From positions 90,582,001 through 90,646,000 of the forward strand of contig NC_042998.1 in assembly GCF_006345805.1 (NCBI RefSeq): a stretch of 64,000 nucleotides of DNA, read 5' to 3'. Both the position numbers and the translations under genes were made by a program. This DNA is from Octopus sinensis. Lineage: Eukaryota. This document shows, in pieces, positions 26,301-41,400 of the stretch. The notes below the pieces were generated by a model. That model had not been told where the DNA came from, ran no database searches, and saw nothing but the letters and a program-made list of their open reading frames with translations. The first letter of the stretch is position 1, and each line of letters begins with the position of its first letter.

Positions 26301-28846
26301 AGTACTAGAGTTTATTGACAAGACACAAAACTAAAGACTTCTCTCAACCCTGTGTGTTCACTCACTCATCAACCTGAACAGAATGAATAGAAGAGGACTA
26401 TTGCAGAAGATAAACTTGACTGAGAGAGTATGAGGAGAGGAAGAAATGGGAGAGATAATGCTTTAGAAAATATTAGCAGGATATACTGAGAGAGAAGGTA
26501 ATTACAGAGGGACACAAACAGTAACTATGTTTGCTGGGGTGGAGAATCGTGTGAGAGATGCCGGTAGATAAAATGACTGAACAGACACAGCAAGTGATGG
26601 ATAGTTGTAGAAATAGTCAGTGATAAGACAGTGTGATGCAAGTCGATGAGTTAGCTGTTGAAAGAGAAAGATATTAAGTGCTGAGGAGCATATAAGATAA
26701 CAGCAGGTTTGGGCAATTCAGACATCATTATGTGCAGGAGAGATACACAGATGATGTAGGAGATTGAATATGAGCTGATCTAATGTTTTCCGTCATTACA
26801 TGAGTAACATGGGACAATGAATAGAAGTACTGAACAGGCAAGAGGAGGAGTAGGAGGAAACCTGTTGGGGAGAAATGCATATATGTTTTATTGGAGAAAT
26901 ATTGTAGATTTATATTTGTTATAATTTTTATTTTGGACCAATGCTCAGTGTAATAATGTGATGATAATGCATATATGTGTGAACAACGAGAGAACCTATA
27001 CCTGAATCACAAGGAGCTCCAAAAATGTTTGAATTTTAAAAATTAGGCCCTGATATAGAAACATTAATGAAAAAGTCTTTATGTGGTTGCTTGGCTTGCT
27101 TGAAATAACAGCAATATATGCTTCAAATTAGATCCTATGGCCTTTAGAAAAGGACAGTGTACTTCTTGATATAACTTGAATAAAAGATGGGTTACTTGCA
27201 GTTTGTGCACTTTTGATCATAGATTTGCTGTCATGGCTGACCTAAGGTAACCGTCTTTTTGAATATCCATTGTTCAATTTCAAGGGAATTTGGCTGTTAT
27301 TTTTAGCAAGCTGTGTGACTCCTCTCTCCCTCCATAGAGGCTGATAATTTGTTGAAGATAATGCTTATTTCAAATTTAATCTTCACTTGTTTTTAAAGTG
27401 CTGGGAAAAATTCAGAGAGATCCCACCTCTGCTGGCAACAAAGGGCCTCTCTCTCAAAGTGAAAGGCAGATTGTATGATGCCTGTGCGATCAACCATGCT
27501 ACATGGCAGTGAAACATGGGCTGTGACAGCCGAGGACATGAGTAGGCTTGAAAGAAATGAAGTTTGTATGCTTCGCTGGATGTACAATGTCAGTATGCTT
27601 GTTCGACAGAGTTTAAGCATCTTGAGAGAAAACTTGTGTATAAGAGGCATCAGATGTGATGTGCAAGAGATACAACTGCACTGGTATGGTCATGTGATGC
27701 ATATGGACGAGGACAGCCGTGTAAAGGAGTGCTGATCTCTGTGGAGGGAACCTGTGGTAGAGATAGACCCATGAAGATATGGGACAAAGTGGTGAAGCAT
27801 GGTCTTCAAACTTTGGGCTTCATAGAGGCAATGACTAGTGACCATGACCTTTGGCGATATGCTTGAGAAGACCCATCAAGCCAAGTGAAATCAAAGTCAT
27901 GGCTAATGTTGGTGTCAGATAACTGGCACCCATGTCAGTGGCATGTAAAGAGCACTGTTCGAGCATTGGATTTCATGGAGGCAAAGTGGCTGAGTTCCTT
28001 TTGAGCATTGGGCCGCACGAAGGCTAAGTGGCCGCACGAAGGCTAAATGGCACCTATGCTGGTGGTGCATAAAAACACCCATTACAGTCTCAGAGTGGTT
28101 GGTGTTAGGAAGGGCATCCAGCCACAGAAAACATGCCAAATCAGTCTGGAGTCTGGTGCAGCTTGCCAGCCCTGGTCAAACTATCCAACCAATGTCAGCA
28201 TGGACAACAGACATTAAATGATGATGATGATGAATGTATATTGATTAAGGATGTTATGCATTCATATTACATTTCCATACCAACATATCATTCATAGCTT
28301 ATTCCATATTTCCTTAAGTTAATTACTCTTGATATTTTTTCATAAATATGAATTTTTTCAAAAATCAAATCAAATCAAAACAAATCAAAATAGATGAACA
28401 TAAATGGAATTTGTATCTTTGTGGTACCAGTGCCGGTGGCTCACAAGAAAATCATCCGAACGTGGCCGTAGCCAGTACCGCATAGACTGGCCTCCGTGCT
28501 TTGGGGACGTAACAAACACCATCCGATCGTGGCCGTCCGCCAGCCTCATCTGGCACCTGTGTCGGTGGCACATAAAACACCATCCGAGCGTGGCCGTCTG
28601 CCAGCCTCGTCTGGCACCTGTGTCGGGGCACATAAAACACCATCCGAGCGTGGCCGTTCGCCAGCCTCGTCTGGCACCTGTGTCGGTGGCACATAAAATC
28701 ACCCAACACTCTCGGAGTGGTTGGCATTAGGAAGGGCATCCAGCTGTAGAAACACTGCCAGATCTGACTGGCCTGGTGCAGCCTTCGGGCTCCCCAGACC
28801 CCAGTTGAACCGTCCAACCCATGCTAGCATGGAAAACGGACGCTAA

Positions 28847-28883
<37 letters not shown>

Positions 28884-29607
28884 AACTATCAGGTTTCTAA
28901 ATCCCAACAACCTTTCTGAAAAAAAGCTACCTAGCTGTGACTATCTATGAAATATCATATTTAAATATTTTTCTTTTCATTAAAATCCATGAAAATTTAC
29001 AAATACCTGGGTTCTCGAGTTCTATTTCATCATTATAATCTCACTATTCTTTATTTTCTGTATGTTCTTGCTACTGTTGCATTGTAAAATGTTGCTTGCT
29101 GGTTTTTGTTATTTTTTTTTTCTTATGACTGATGTATTTGTATTTTGATGTGTGTGTGTTTTTGAGTTAAGACTGCTCTCTCAATATTGACCTGTTTGAA
29201 TTACTAGAAACACAAAGCTCTTGCTTCTCTCTATGATCTTGTTTCTAGTGTCAACTAATAAAGGTATTAATTATGAGTTAAATTCAGACAGCTTAGATTA
29301 TCAGTCACTTGGTCTATAGGTTGTGAGTACAAATTGAGATGTTTATCTACCTAGCTGTAAATAATTATACAGTCAACTTGGAGCACTTACCTGTGCTCTT
29401 TCTAAGGGAAGATTATCATTTGAGCATTGGAAAAAAAGTACTTTGTGTTATTTGTTCCGGCTCTTTACATCCTGATTTCAAATTCTGCCATGATTGACTT
29501 TGCCTTTCATTTCACCCCTCTTCTTGTATCCATAAGTGCTGTTGTCAATAGTATTAACTAACCCCACCGCCTCTCAAAATCACTGGCTTTGTATCTAAAT
29601 CAGACCA

Positions 29608-29649
<42 letters not shown>

Positions 29650-32406
29650 GGTGGTGGGCTGGCAGAATCATTAGCACACTAGACAAAATACTTAACAGCA
29701 TTTTGTTCATCTTTGTTTTGAGTTCAAATTCTGTTGAGGTCTACTTTGCCTCTCTTCTGTTTGTAGTTGATAAAATAAGTACAAAGTTGAGCACTGGGGT
29801 CAATGTAATTGATTAGCCCCCTTCCCTAAAAACATTCAGGCTTTGTCCTTATAATAAAGGAGTATTATCAGTATTATTAAAAATATATTGGTGGAACTGT
29901 TAACGATTCAGAAAATCAACTTGCTGGTCTATTCCAGAGGACTAGACCCTGGGGACCCTGGATAATTTCCAGAGATCCTTGACCTAGCAGTGCTACTGTG
30001 GTATCCTAGCTTGTTTGGGATAAACTCCACAGGTATGGTAATATCATTAGCAATTTCTGTTTGAGATGCATGCATAGTGACAAAACCATCCTGCATGCAC
30101 TCATACAATGCTTGAGCATTGCTGATTTGTGGAGTTACATCAAACAGATGCTATCACATGCAGGATGGATCTGGTTGTTGGCTTACTCCATCCTGAAGAT
30201 TACCTAGTTGCTTTCCTTTGTTTGGGAAAAGCAGGCAGTTTTTCCTTTGTTTTGCTGGTGGTTATGGCAAGAAAGGTTTTGTGGTGGGTAAGACTGAAAG
30301 GACTGAAGGCACACTTTTCTCTTTGGTTAAGTCCTCATTGACTTTTTAAAATTCCATTTGAAAAGGAAAGTGAGGTTTGATAAGGAAGTGCTGCTCTCCA
30401 GTAAATTTGTTGGAAAGTGGGTGAATGTGGTAAGGATGATCCAAATGAACAGGCCTGCTCTAAGTTGACTAAGTAAGGAGGTGGGAGGAACACTTTTCAT
30501 GGTACCCCTGATGAGTAAGGTGCCTCAAGATCTGCAGGATTCCTTGGTTGCCCCTGGGTGGTGTTTTTCCCCTTTAATTGGAGAATTTGTTAAATTCCAT
30601 GTTGTTGTTTCAATTGCTTATATTCCTTTTATGTAAATCCCTACAGTTCTTTTCTTAGCATTGTCTTAAATATTCTTCATCTTTACATTCTGAGTTTAAA
30701 TTCTGCCAAGGTCAACTTTGCCTTTCATCCTTTCGGGATTAATAAGTACCAATTGAGTACTTGTATCAAAATATATGACTAATCCCCTCTCCACAAATTT
30801 CAGGATTTCTGTCTACAGTAGAAAGAATTATTATTACTACTACTAAAGCAGTGAGCTGGCAGAATGACTACATGTTGAGAAATATGTTGTGGCATTTCTT
30901 TCAACCTTTTACGTTCTGTGTTCAAATTTTGCCAATGTCTTTCATCCTTTTGAGGCTGATAAAATAAGTACCAGTTGAGCACTGGGATCTATGTAATTGA
31001 CTTACCCACTCCCCTTTAAACTGTTAGTCTTATGTCAAAATCTGAAAATATTGTTATTTATTTTCTATTTTAATAGAATAAAAATCAATGTTAAGCTCTT
31101 GCAAGAAAGTGTAAATCCTTTTCATTTTTTGATTTGGTTGTATTGATTTTTATACTTCTGCAATAATATCCTATTCATTGTAATCAATATTTTTTCATAA
31201 ACTGAAATCAGTTAAAATATAATTAAAAATATTTAGATGAACTTGTGTAAAATTTTAATATTCAAGAATTCTGTCATTCTTCTTTTTTGGAAGCTGAAGA
31301 AACATTTTATATTGATCTGCGAAATGATTTTTTTTTTTTTTGTTTCCATATAAAAATCATTTCTGAATATTTAAGAATTACTCAAGTTCATCTAAATATT
31401 TTAATCAATTTCAGAAGTGTATTGAGTTTAGGAAAACAGTAAATATAAAGAGAGATTTTTCATTTAATTGTCACTATTATTAATGTATTTCAAAATGACT
31501 TCTGTTATTGGTACAAGCATATATTACAATACAACTATTTGTATTTTCTAGCAATTAACATTATTTAATCTATTGATATTTTCTATTAATAATAGATTAA
31601 ATAAAAATAGAATTAAACATGTTTTTGCTTAATTTTATCAATGGCATTATGGTAAATAGCTTTATTATCAAATTATTCCTGAAAATTTTAGCCTACCAAA
31701 AATCTTTCTCTATAACCTTCTAATCATACACTAGGTGGTTTTATTCCTATAAAAACTCTTGGTCCTGTCATCAACTATATATTTCATGCTCATTGTCATG
31801 TATTACCAAATCATTTATGCCCCCACCCCCATTCTTCTCTACAATATACCCTTGTGAATATTATCACTATAATTTCAGTTAAAACTTATAATTATTATAG
31901 AAAGACATTTGGTTTACTTAGTATTTTAACTTTAGTTTTTAATGTTTTATATTACTATTACATAAAATGATTTTATTGTAAAAGTATACATAGTAAATTT
32001 AAAATATCAACATTTATAAATGTTAATACTTAAAAATACCAAGTTATTCAAAGTTGATCATTTGAATGGTAACTGGTATTACAGAGAAACCAACTGGCAA
32101 TGGTTGGGATAACCCACATTTATTCTTAACAAAATCTTCCATTCTTTTCTAAATTAACTTTAGAAATCTGAAATATTTTATGCTTGAGCAGTCTTTTATA
32201 AATTTTAAAAAGCCTATTAGAAAATTCGAATCCATGATTAAAATAGCTTTTCATAGTTTATTAATGTCATCTTAAATAGCTTTTAGCAATTATCTGGATA
32301 AACAATTATACTGTTATTTCTGTGATATCAATAGCAAAAACTGAGAAAGTATTTAATGAAAATTATTATGTTCATAAAAATTATCTATTTTTATCATATA
32401 ATTGTT

Positions 32407-32449
<43 letters not shown>

Positions 32450-35400
32450 TTATATATATAAAAACCTCAATTTGAAGTTTTTACTATACATTTTGTTCTT
32501 TCTTTCAGATTTTCATCTTAATTCTGTGTTAAGTAACACCAATAAATTGGAGCACTTTCTTGAGCAAAACATGTCATTAACAAGCAATGAAGCTGAGAGC
32601 ATCCTGGATGCTTCCGTTAATGTTAAAAAGGTAATTTTCTGTAAGAAAATCTAATTTCCATTTTATGCTTATCATTACCCGTATATCTTCTGTAAAACTT
32701 TATAAATATTATGAGAAAGTAATTGATATCAATATTATCCAAGACATTATAAATGAATTGAGAAAGTAATTACGATGTTGCTGTTAATACTTAAATAGCT
32801 TTATTAAACTACATATAGTGAAAAAATCTGGTAAGTTTGCCTAATTCTCATTTGACCATAGTGGTATATAAGGTTTCAGAAATAAATATTTCACTGATTG
32901 AGAATGGAATAATGCAATAGTATTGCAGAACCACTAAACCAATTTGTCATAAATGTATATAATCATCATAATGTAATTTCTAAAAAGTGGGAACACCTCT
33001 TTCTGCAATTTATTTCTGATGAAGCAATCAAGAAATAGAAGGTCCAGAAAATACGGTTATAGACAATATGTACAGCTTATTACAAATGGAGAAAATAGAG
33101 AATATGTTTAGCACCCATTCATATTGATTCTATGCTGAATAAAAAGTGCCAAGTATGGAGCAATAGAACTCTTCTGCTATGAATCTGTTGTAATGGCTTG
33201 ATTAAACTGGAAATCGTATTTTTAGTATGTTAGGAAAAACAAATAAGTAGTCATGAGTTTAAGAATTAATTTGTTGAAGAAGGATTTGTTTTTCCCTTTA
33301 CATAAGAAGCCAAAACAATTACTGACCAGAAAGCCAGGACATGTTACGAAAACATTCAATGTTGTCATTTTACTTTTTAGAATTTATACATTGTCATAAT
33401 CTTTCTAATTCATAACTGAGTCAGCATCAAACTTTGAAGCTTCTTGAATGTTTTACTATTTAATACAATATTAAAACCTTTTTTGCTGCCTTTATGTCTT
33501 GCAGAATATTTTCAATGACTATAAACCTATTGAGAATGATTGGAAATATTTATTGTATCTAATGCTTAATATTTCTCTCATTTAGATCTATGAACTTTTA
33601 TTTGGAACTTCATTGGACTTACCATTTAAAATCCGAGAGAAAAGGGATGTTAATACAACAGAACAAAATTCTCTTAAAGCTTTACATGCAAATGTATTGA
33701 ATAATCTAAATTATGAAATGATGGAACATTCTGCAGAAGATTTGATTCCTAAGGCTGAGATGTTTCCTGAAGTTTCCATGATTGGTCAAGGCTTGTTATA
33801 TGAGCTCCTAGAGAGTCCCCAGTTAAAACTTGATGAATCATTGCTCAATGTAATGCGCCAGCTTCTTGGAATACCAGTGTCAAAATCTGATAAAATTGAT
33901 CCTTATGAAGTAGCAGAGGTTTTGAAGGTAATTATATCATTCTGTGATATGCATAGTAAAAATAAGCAGTTCTATAATGTTCTGGATGATTTGTTGGTGT
34001 TTGTCCCTTGAACTGAGGAGTTATGATGGTGAAACAGTTGAAGTATTGACCTTATTAAACTAAATCTCTTGGCTGCAGTGTACTATTGTCATTAGTTTAG
34101 AAATAAAGTTGCTGGTCTGAATTCAGTCTGGTCTGATGCATATATTTAAAATAGGATATTTGAGGACAACCAGAGGTCAAATCAATCAAATGTAGTATAG
34201 ATATGTTAAAAACATTTTCATTCCTAAAAATTATGCTAATACTTCCCATTCTACCTTCAATCATACACATTTTAGATGGTTGATTGGCAGAGTTCTTAGA
34301 TTCTGTGCTAAGTTCAGATCCCACTAAAGTCAACATTACTTTTGAGCTTGTTGAAGTTGATAAAGGGCTAGTCTAGTACTAGCACAATTCTCTCTCCTGC
34401 CAGCTGTCATATCCTGAATGATCTGTTTGGTCAATGGCAGGAACGCCAAGAGGATGTCTGTGCCAGATCACAACTACACAGGCATTTAAAATTATTAACA
34501 AAAGCATGGTACATGCTACCAAGTCATTTTGGATGGCAAGTGATTGGTGTAGTTTTTTTTCTTAGATATTTAATTTTTTTTACCTGAAAAGCAATTCTTT
34601 AATTTTTTCACTTAAACATGCTCAGACAATGTGGAACTGATTGTGCAACTGTAAGTGGAGAATTAGATTTCATTATAAGAGAAATTTAAAATTTTCTACT
34701 TGTGTTAGAGGATAACATCCCATCTCGGTCCTAAGTACCATTTACTTTTAGAAAGGCTAATCATGATGCAATAATATAAAGTGTGTAATCTATAATATAA
34801 ATTGGACATGGGCAATTGTTGTATTCTTTCTCGTCTTGAGGTTCACAGCCAAACGGCTGGGTGGATTCGTGTGAAAAATGGCACACATGTAGAGACGGGT
34901 GCATAAACTGGAATGCGATTTGTATTTTTTTTTCTAGCCCCCATAGTTACCAAGAAAATCGATTAAAACATTTTGTAATGGAATTCCCCTGTTTGTTCTG
35001 CCATTAAAACAACCAGTTGCTCACACAGCCGGCACATACCATTTTGCTAGCAACAAGGGGAGTACAGGATGACAGTCAGCCAAAACTTTTGCTATGCTGT
35101 TTCTCTTCTTTTACCTCTTTGTGGGGTTAATAATCTTAATCTTACAGTTTCTCATTCAAACTACATCATAGGCAGAATTTTTTACAGATACAACTGCTTG
35201 CAAAAATAGGAATTAATGTATAATTTCTATGTTCATAATTAAATCAATGTTTTAATGATTAGACAGAGGTCCAATAGAATAGCTCTCAGAAACAGACTGC
35301 ATACAAATTCGTTCTTCACAACTCCTGAAACTGTTTTCTGATAGGGAGGGGGTGGGGGTCAGGAAATTTTCATACATCTGGAGGCTCCAATCGAAACGGG

Positions 35401-38400
35401 ACCCAAAATGATAAGGTTGAGAAATACTGTTATAGATTATGCTTAACCGAAGACGATCACAGCCACATCATCCAAACAGACCGGGTGAAACCAGGCTTAG
35501 CTGCTAGTATATTATATAAAGATATAAAGTTTGACAATTGTTCATTTTGCTTTTGTTCACAATAAAGTCATTGAGTCTGTTTTGACATTTTCTCACACAA
35601 GCTACAATAAGATGTAAAGAAACTAAAAATAGGTGAACTTTTATAATGCTTGTCTCCTTGATAAACACAAGTCTGTTTTCTTTTGCTTCATTTACAAAAG
35701 TTCGAGCTAACAGGAAGTAAAGAAGGCCATGTGTTCTGAAAAAGAGTTTCTCAGGGTTATGTTAAATAAAACTGGTCTTCAAAAGTGCTTGTTTTTGTAA
35801 GAAAGCAGTGTAGCCATAAAATTTCTTGCTAAATATTGTGCAAAACAGCATAATAAAAAATATTTTCATTGTATGTCAACAGGGTTATTACAAAGTCCAA
35901 AGGAACTGTGAAAGTTAGTGGTTGAGACTGTAAAAAGCTTCTCTTTTCTAAGTTCATCGGAGTCTGGTGCAGCCTCCCAGCGTGCCAGCCCAGTCAAACT
36001 GTCCAACCCATGCCAACATGGACAATGGACATTAAATGATGATGATGACTCATGCAAATATTTGAAGTCAATTTGCCTTGCATCCTTTCAGTGTTGATAT
36101 AAATATACTCAAAACCAGAGAGATGGACTGGTAGAACTGTCAGACTGGATTTCTTACAGTATTTTTCTGACTTTGTATTTTGGGTTCAAATCTCACCATA
36201 GCCTATTTCAGTGGTTCCCTACTTGTGGTCCAGGGACCCCTGGTGGTCTGCAAAGGTAGTAATGGGGATCTGTGGACTAAATTCAAAATTTCATAAATAT
36301 ATATAAGGATAAGCATATTAAAAGGGGTCCAGTCCATGGGAAAACTCAAATAAAGGGGGTCCTTGGTAGTGAAAAGATTGGGAATCACTAGTCTATTTGG
36401 TTGGTAAACTTAATTTGTTGCTTTGTTTACCATACTACCAGCAAGTATCTTGGATACCTTTAGCAGACTTCACTCTGTTGCAAGCATTCAGATCAGGTCT
36501 CTGATTTGTTATACCTTCCTCCCTCCCATCAGCCTCAGAAGCCCCATAAAGGGTTGAGGGCACTGCCACCCATTTTGACTAAAAATGATAAGTAAACGAA
36601 AAAGTATGGGAAACCATAAAACTAATGATTACAGAACATACTAAATCACATTTTGTATTCTAAATCTGTAATAGTGGTAGAAAGATAATAAAAGAAAATT
36701 GTTTGGGTTTGTTTGTTTATTTATATAAACTAAATGTAATTTAAATATATTTAAAATCTTTTTCTTCTTAATTCAATTTTCTTTCTTTCTTTTTCATTTT
36801 AGATGATTCTACTGTCCCCTGCATTAGTGAGAAAAGTGGCCTGTGATTACCAGAATACATCAATCATACTTACTCCTAGTTCCAATAGCAGTATCACATA
36901 TTTGGTAAGTTTACATTTAAAATTTAGAAATACATTTCCTATAAGTTTGAGTTTAATTTTTTACTGTTTTGGTTGAAAATTCATACTATTAAAAGAACTT
37001 CGTTACTTTAAATTAATTTAGCAATAATAAAATAGTGGTTGTGTAAGCTGGCTAACACTATTCTCTCTTACTCCTCATAATGTCTTCATAATCTAGTGGG
37101 AAAAAACATACTGTTTCTAACTCTATACACTTCATCTACAATTTATTTGCTGTGAGTGTGAGCAAGACCAAACCTCAAAACCACTTCCCTCCCCCCTTTT
37201 TTTGCAGGGGGGGGGGGGCATTTTTTCTTTACTTTTTTCTTAAAGTATTAGTGGTATGAAAAGGAAATGTTCCCTAAGAGAAATCTTAGTGGCTATAATT
37301 TTGGTAAAATGATTTTCTTGAATTGAAAATCTTTAATATTGATTGTTTCTTTTCTATGTGGCCATACTAATTATTCTTATTTCAAGATGAGAATTTCTTC
37401 ATGTGTATATATGTATATATTGCAATGCATGCATTTTGTTGGATATTGAGCAATATATTTAATTTTGTACTTATTCTTCATCTGGATAAACAAAGTTATA
37501 TTTTGTTCAAGAGATGTTCCTCTCAGCTATTTATTATTACTGAAATGTTTCTTAGAGATTGTTCCTTTCTTTAAACTTTTTTTTTAACACAAAAATTGAA
37601 GGGATCTGTTAAAAAGCCTTGTAATATATTCTTCTGTATCAGATTGATGCTCAAAAGAAAATCTGTAAATCAAATAAAGAAGACCTGCAGAAATTTGTTG
37701 ATCTTCTCAAATCAGACATCTCAGATGAAGAAATTGTGAATATTGTAAGTTGATGTAATTTTAATCCAATTGAAAAAGTATTTCAATTTAACATATTCTG
37801 TAATGTTTTTAATTTTATTGGTAGTAATCAAATAGTCTTTTCAGTTTTTAACTCTGGTTTCAAGAAAGATTGTTTAAAAATGTTGCCAAATGTTGCAAGT
37901 TTCAATAAGACCAATAACAACTAATTTGCACCATGTAGCTGTCCACAAAAATTGTATTAAAATATTTTTGAAATGCATTTCTATCTCTACACCTAATTGA
38001 GACTGAGAATATTTTGTACATTTAAAGTAAAAACTGATCCCAACTAAAGTGTGCTCAAGAACTGTAAACTTTAGATTAGATCTTTCTTGGAATGAAAAAC
38101 TACTTGGTCATTGTGCTTGCATGAATTCATTTTAAATTATTAATGTTGAAAAATCTGAGTTCTGACCCATCATGCAGTAAAATTATTTAGTGGTATGATT
38201 TAAAATGAAAACAATACAAATAGGGAGGTAATAAAAGCTATTGTACAATGCAAAGTGTAGAGAAAAATAAGTTTGTAATATTTTAACTTTTACATCTCAA
38301 CTGAAAATTTCAAGATGAGAATTAAATGCTAATGTTAGTTACATAGTGTGACTAAGATTGGCGAGTTGAGTCATACAAAGGACAGCTGACAGCAATAATG

Positions 38401-41400
38401 TACATGACATTTGATAGTAGATATCTAATATTTATTGCTTCTTATAGTTGCAATCATAAGTCTGACTTTCGTTTTCTGAGAGATAAATTGTCTTTTAATG
38501 GTTAAGGTTTCCATAACCATGTCCTTTTGTGTGTAATAAAGGGCTAATGTTTATGTAAATCTTGTTACATTTCATGCTTTCATTAGCTTTAAAATGTTTT
38601 GGTATTTTCTGTCAGATATTTTATTAAAGAGTATAGTCTGTTTGGATTTGAGCTTTGTTATAGATTAAAAAGTATAATCAAAAATCTTTGTAAGATTTTC
38701 TTAGTTCTCTTTGGAGCACAAACAAAATGAAGCATATGAACTATCCAGCTGAGTCATTAGTTGTAGTTGATAGTTTCTGTTAAATAATTTCTTATATAAT
38801 TTAATTCTTGGAAGATGTTCAGTGGGGCTGTTGGCAACAGTTTCATTCTCTATGTAAAAGATAGACTACATGTAATGTGTGTAAATACAATCCTGTGTAG
38901 TAGTGAGACATGGGTACTGAATGTGCTAACTGGAAGGAAATTAGACAAGTATAATCTATTGGATGTATTATGTTCACTTTTATGCAAGGTTACAAGTGAG
39001 CTGATATTGGTTGCACATTAGAAAAAGCATCACTGTGCAGTTATTATTTATTCTGATATAAACATTTGATGTAGATGGTGAGATCTGACTGAAAGTGTGT
39101 GTATGCACGTGTATGAAAATTAGAATTTAAATGAGCTCCATTTGTCCTCAGGTTTCACTTATGATTTACTTCATGGAGATATTAATGTAGAACTTCTGAA
39201 GAAAAGCATCCCTTTATGACTTTTAAATTTCCTATATTTATTATATCATGTTATATAAACTGGTGTAATGCAAATGTAGAGCATTTATTGATACATTTCT
39301 ATTATCTAGTGGCCAAGCTGTCTACAATTGATTTACATTTGAAAAAGATTGTGATAATATATAATGTCTAAAGTCATATATAGGAGTATAGACATTAAAC
39401 AAATCTTTCAGTCAAAATGCCAGATGTTTTCATTGAGTTTCAGTAAATAAAAATAAAGGATTATTTTTATCTTGGGAGTTACTCTGGCCTAGTGGCTAAA
39501 AGACTAGTGAGCCCCAAACCTATAGTTGAATCTTGTTTGTCATTTACATAACTTTAAGAAAATCTCATAATTTGATACATCTCTCACTTTAGTTAACATG
39601 TTGCTGTCATTGGAATAGACATCCATGTAAAATAATGAAAATTTCAGAACCATCTAGCATAAAAAGGGCTTATGGAAACATTAACTAATTTATAAAATCT
39701 ATTTCAATTGATGGTATACACTAAAATTCTTCTCAGTATCTTTTATTTATTATTTATTTATTTTTTCAGTCAATAACTTAGATGATGTTTAAATTTAAAT
39801 GTTCACTCACTATAAATAACCAAATTATTTAAATTTGTAATCAAAGTATCAAAATCCATTTATTATTTTACTGAAATACATCTCTAATTTTTAATTTCAG
39901 CTCCATCTTCGCAATTTGAATGTTACTGAAGCAGAAAACCAAGTAAAAGACTTTTTAACTAAGGTATCTACTTAATGATTGAGTTTTATTTTCTTCTGTA
40001 AATAATTAGTAATTCTCCATTTTATGTTTTACATTTAGTAGATGCTTCAACCAGTACCATGCAAGGTGAAAGTATTGTGAATACACTTGCAGTTCCATAT
40101 ATATATATATATATAAAATACACAAACACACACACATGATGATGTCAATTAAATTAAATGCTTGTAATAAATCTCTCTTGCCTCTTTGTCATTTTTATAG
40201 TATGACTAGCATAACACCTATCGAAAATGATGGGGTATATTTGAGTATGGAATATATTATTCAAATGAATTTTGCAGATTGGTTTGTACTTAAATATATA
40301 ATATCTTACGTCATGGGCTGTGTATTTGAAACAAAAGACATCATAATTGAATGGCAAGAAGCAGAATAGTATGGAGAATGCCTCATTATGCATAATGTAC
40401 ACAGGCATGTAGAAGGATAGCTTAAGCTGAGATTGAAGAACAAATCTTTCATCATCTGTCTTCCATGCTGGCTTGAGTTCAACAAGGGATTTGACAAGCC
40501 AGAAAACTTTATTCTCCAATGCCTACTTTGGTATGATTTCTACAACTGGATACCTTCCTAACACCAACCACCTCACAGAATGCACTAGCTGATTGTTTTC
40601 ATAGCATCAGCATTAGTGAGATTGTCATGTAATTCATATGACTTAAAAACCTCCTTGATTGAGTGAAAGCATAGTAAAGAGGGAGGTAGTTTTATGTTGA
40701 GAAGAAGTTTAAGTAGGACATAAAGGTTTGGAAGATGTGTTGCTGTAGAGGAAATAGATGATTACTCTGTATTACATGTGGGTGGGAGTAATTGAAATGG
40801 AGTTGAAAAAGAGAGATGAAGACATGGTAGCAAGGTGTCAGCATACCCTCAAGGTATGAGGTGAATAAGAGAGAGTGAGGACAGATCAAGAAGGGTTGGT
40901 GTGTAAAGGTTGCAAGAGTGTGGGATGAAAGTGAGAACGTTAGAGAAACAAGTAAGGGTGAATGGTGAATAAGTAGTGGTTGATGGTAAATATGAGTTGA
41001 GCAAGGTGTTAAAAACAAGGGACAAATGCCAGTAAAAGTGCCTCAAGAAATGAAGTGATGGCTGGCAGCACCAAGGGCGAAGAGTAGCAGAATGGTAATA
41101 AAACTGTAGATTGAGAAAGAATGAGAGAGAGGGAGGTGATGGGTAAGAATGGGTAAAATTTGCAAGAGTGCATGAGGGTGAGACATAGTGATAGAGTAAA
41201 AGAGATCAGTTACATAGGGATGAATGTAATGTAGTGAGTGATGCACTAAGAATGTGTTAAGAATGAGGTATGAGTGTTGGCAGAAAGTGGTTCAGAGGAG
41301 AGGGAGAGATAACTGGTAATGCAGGAAAGATGATCAATGGAAAATATTTGTGGAGTGGGATGTTAAGAATGAGGGATAAATGTCAAAAGGAAGTGGTCCC

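Noticed and set aside
27078-27330. MITE suggested by inverted ends
   Set aside because: The ends are partial copies of a dispersed repeat family seen singly elsewhere (near 240 and 21095-21144), and no TSD was found.
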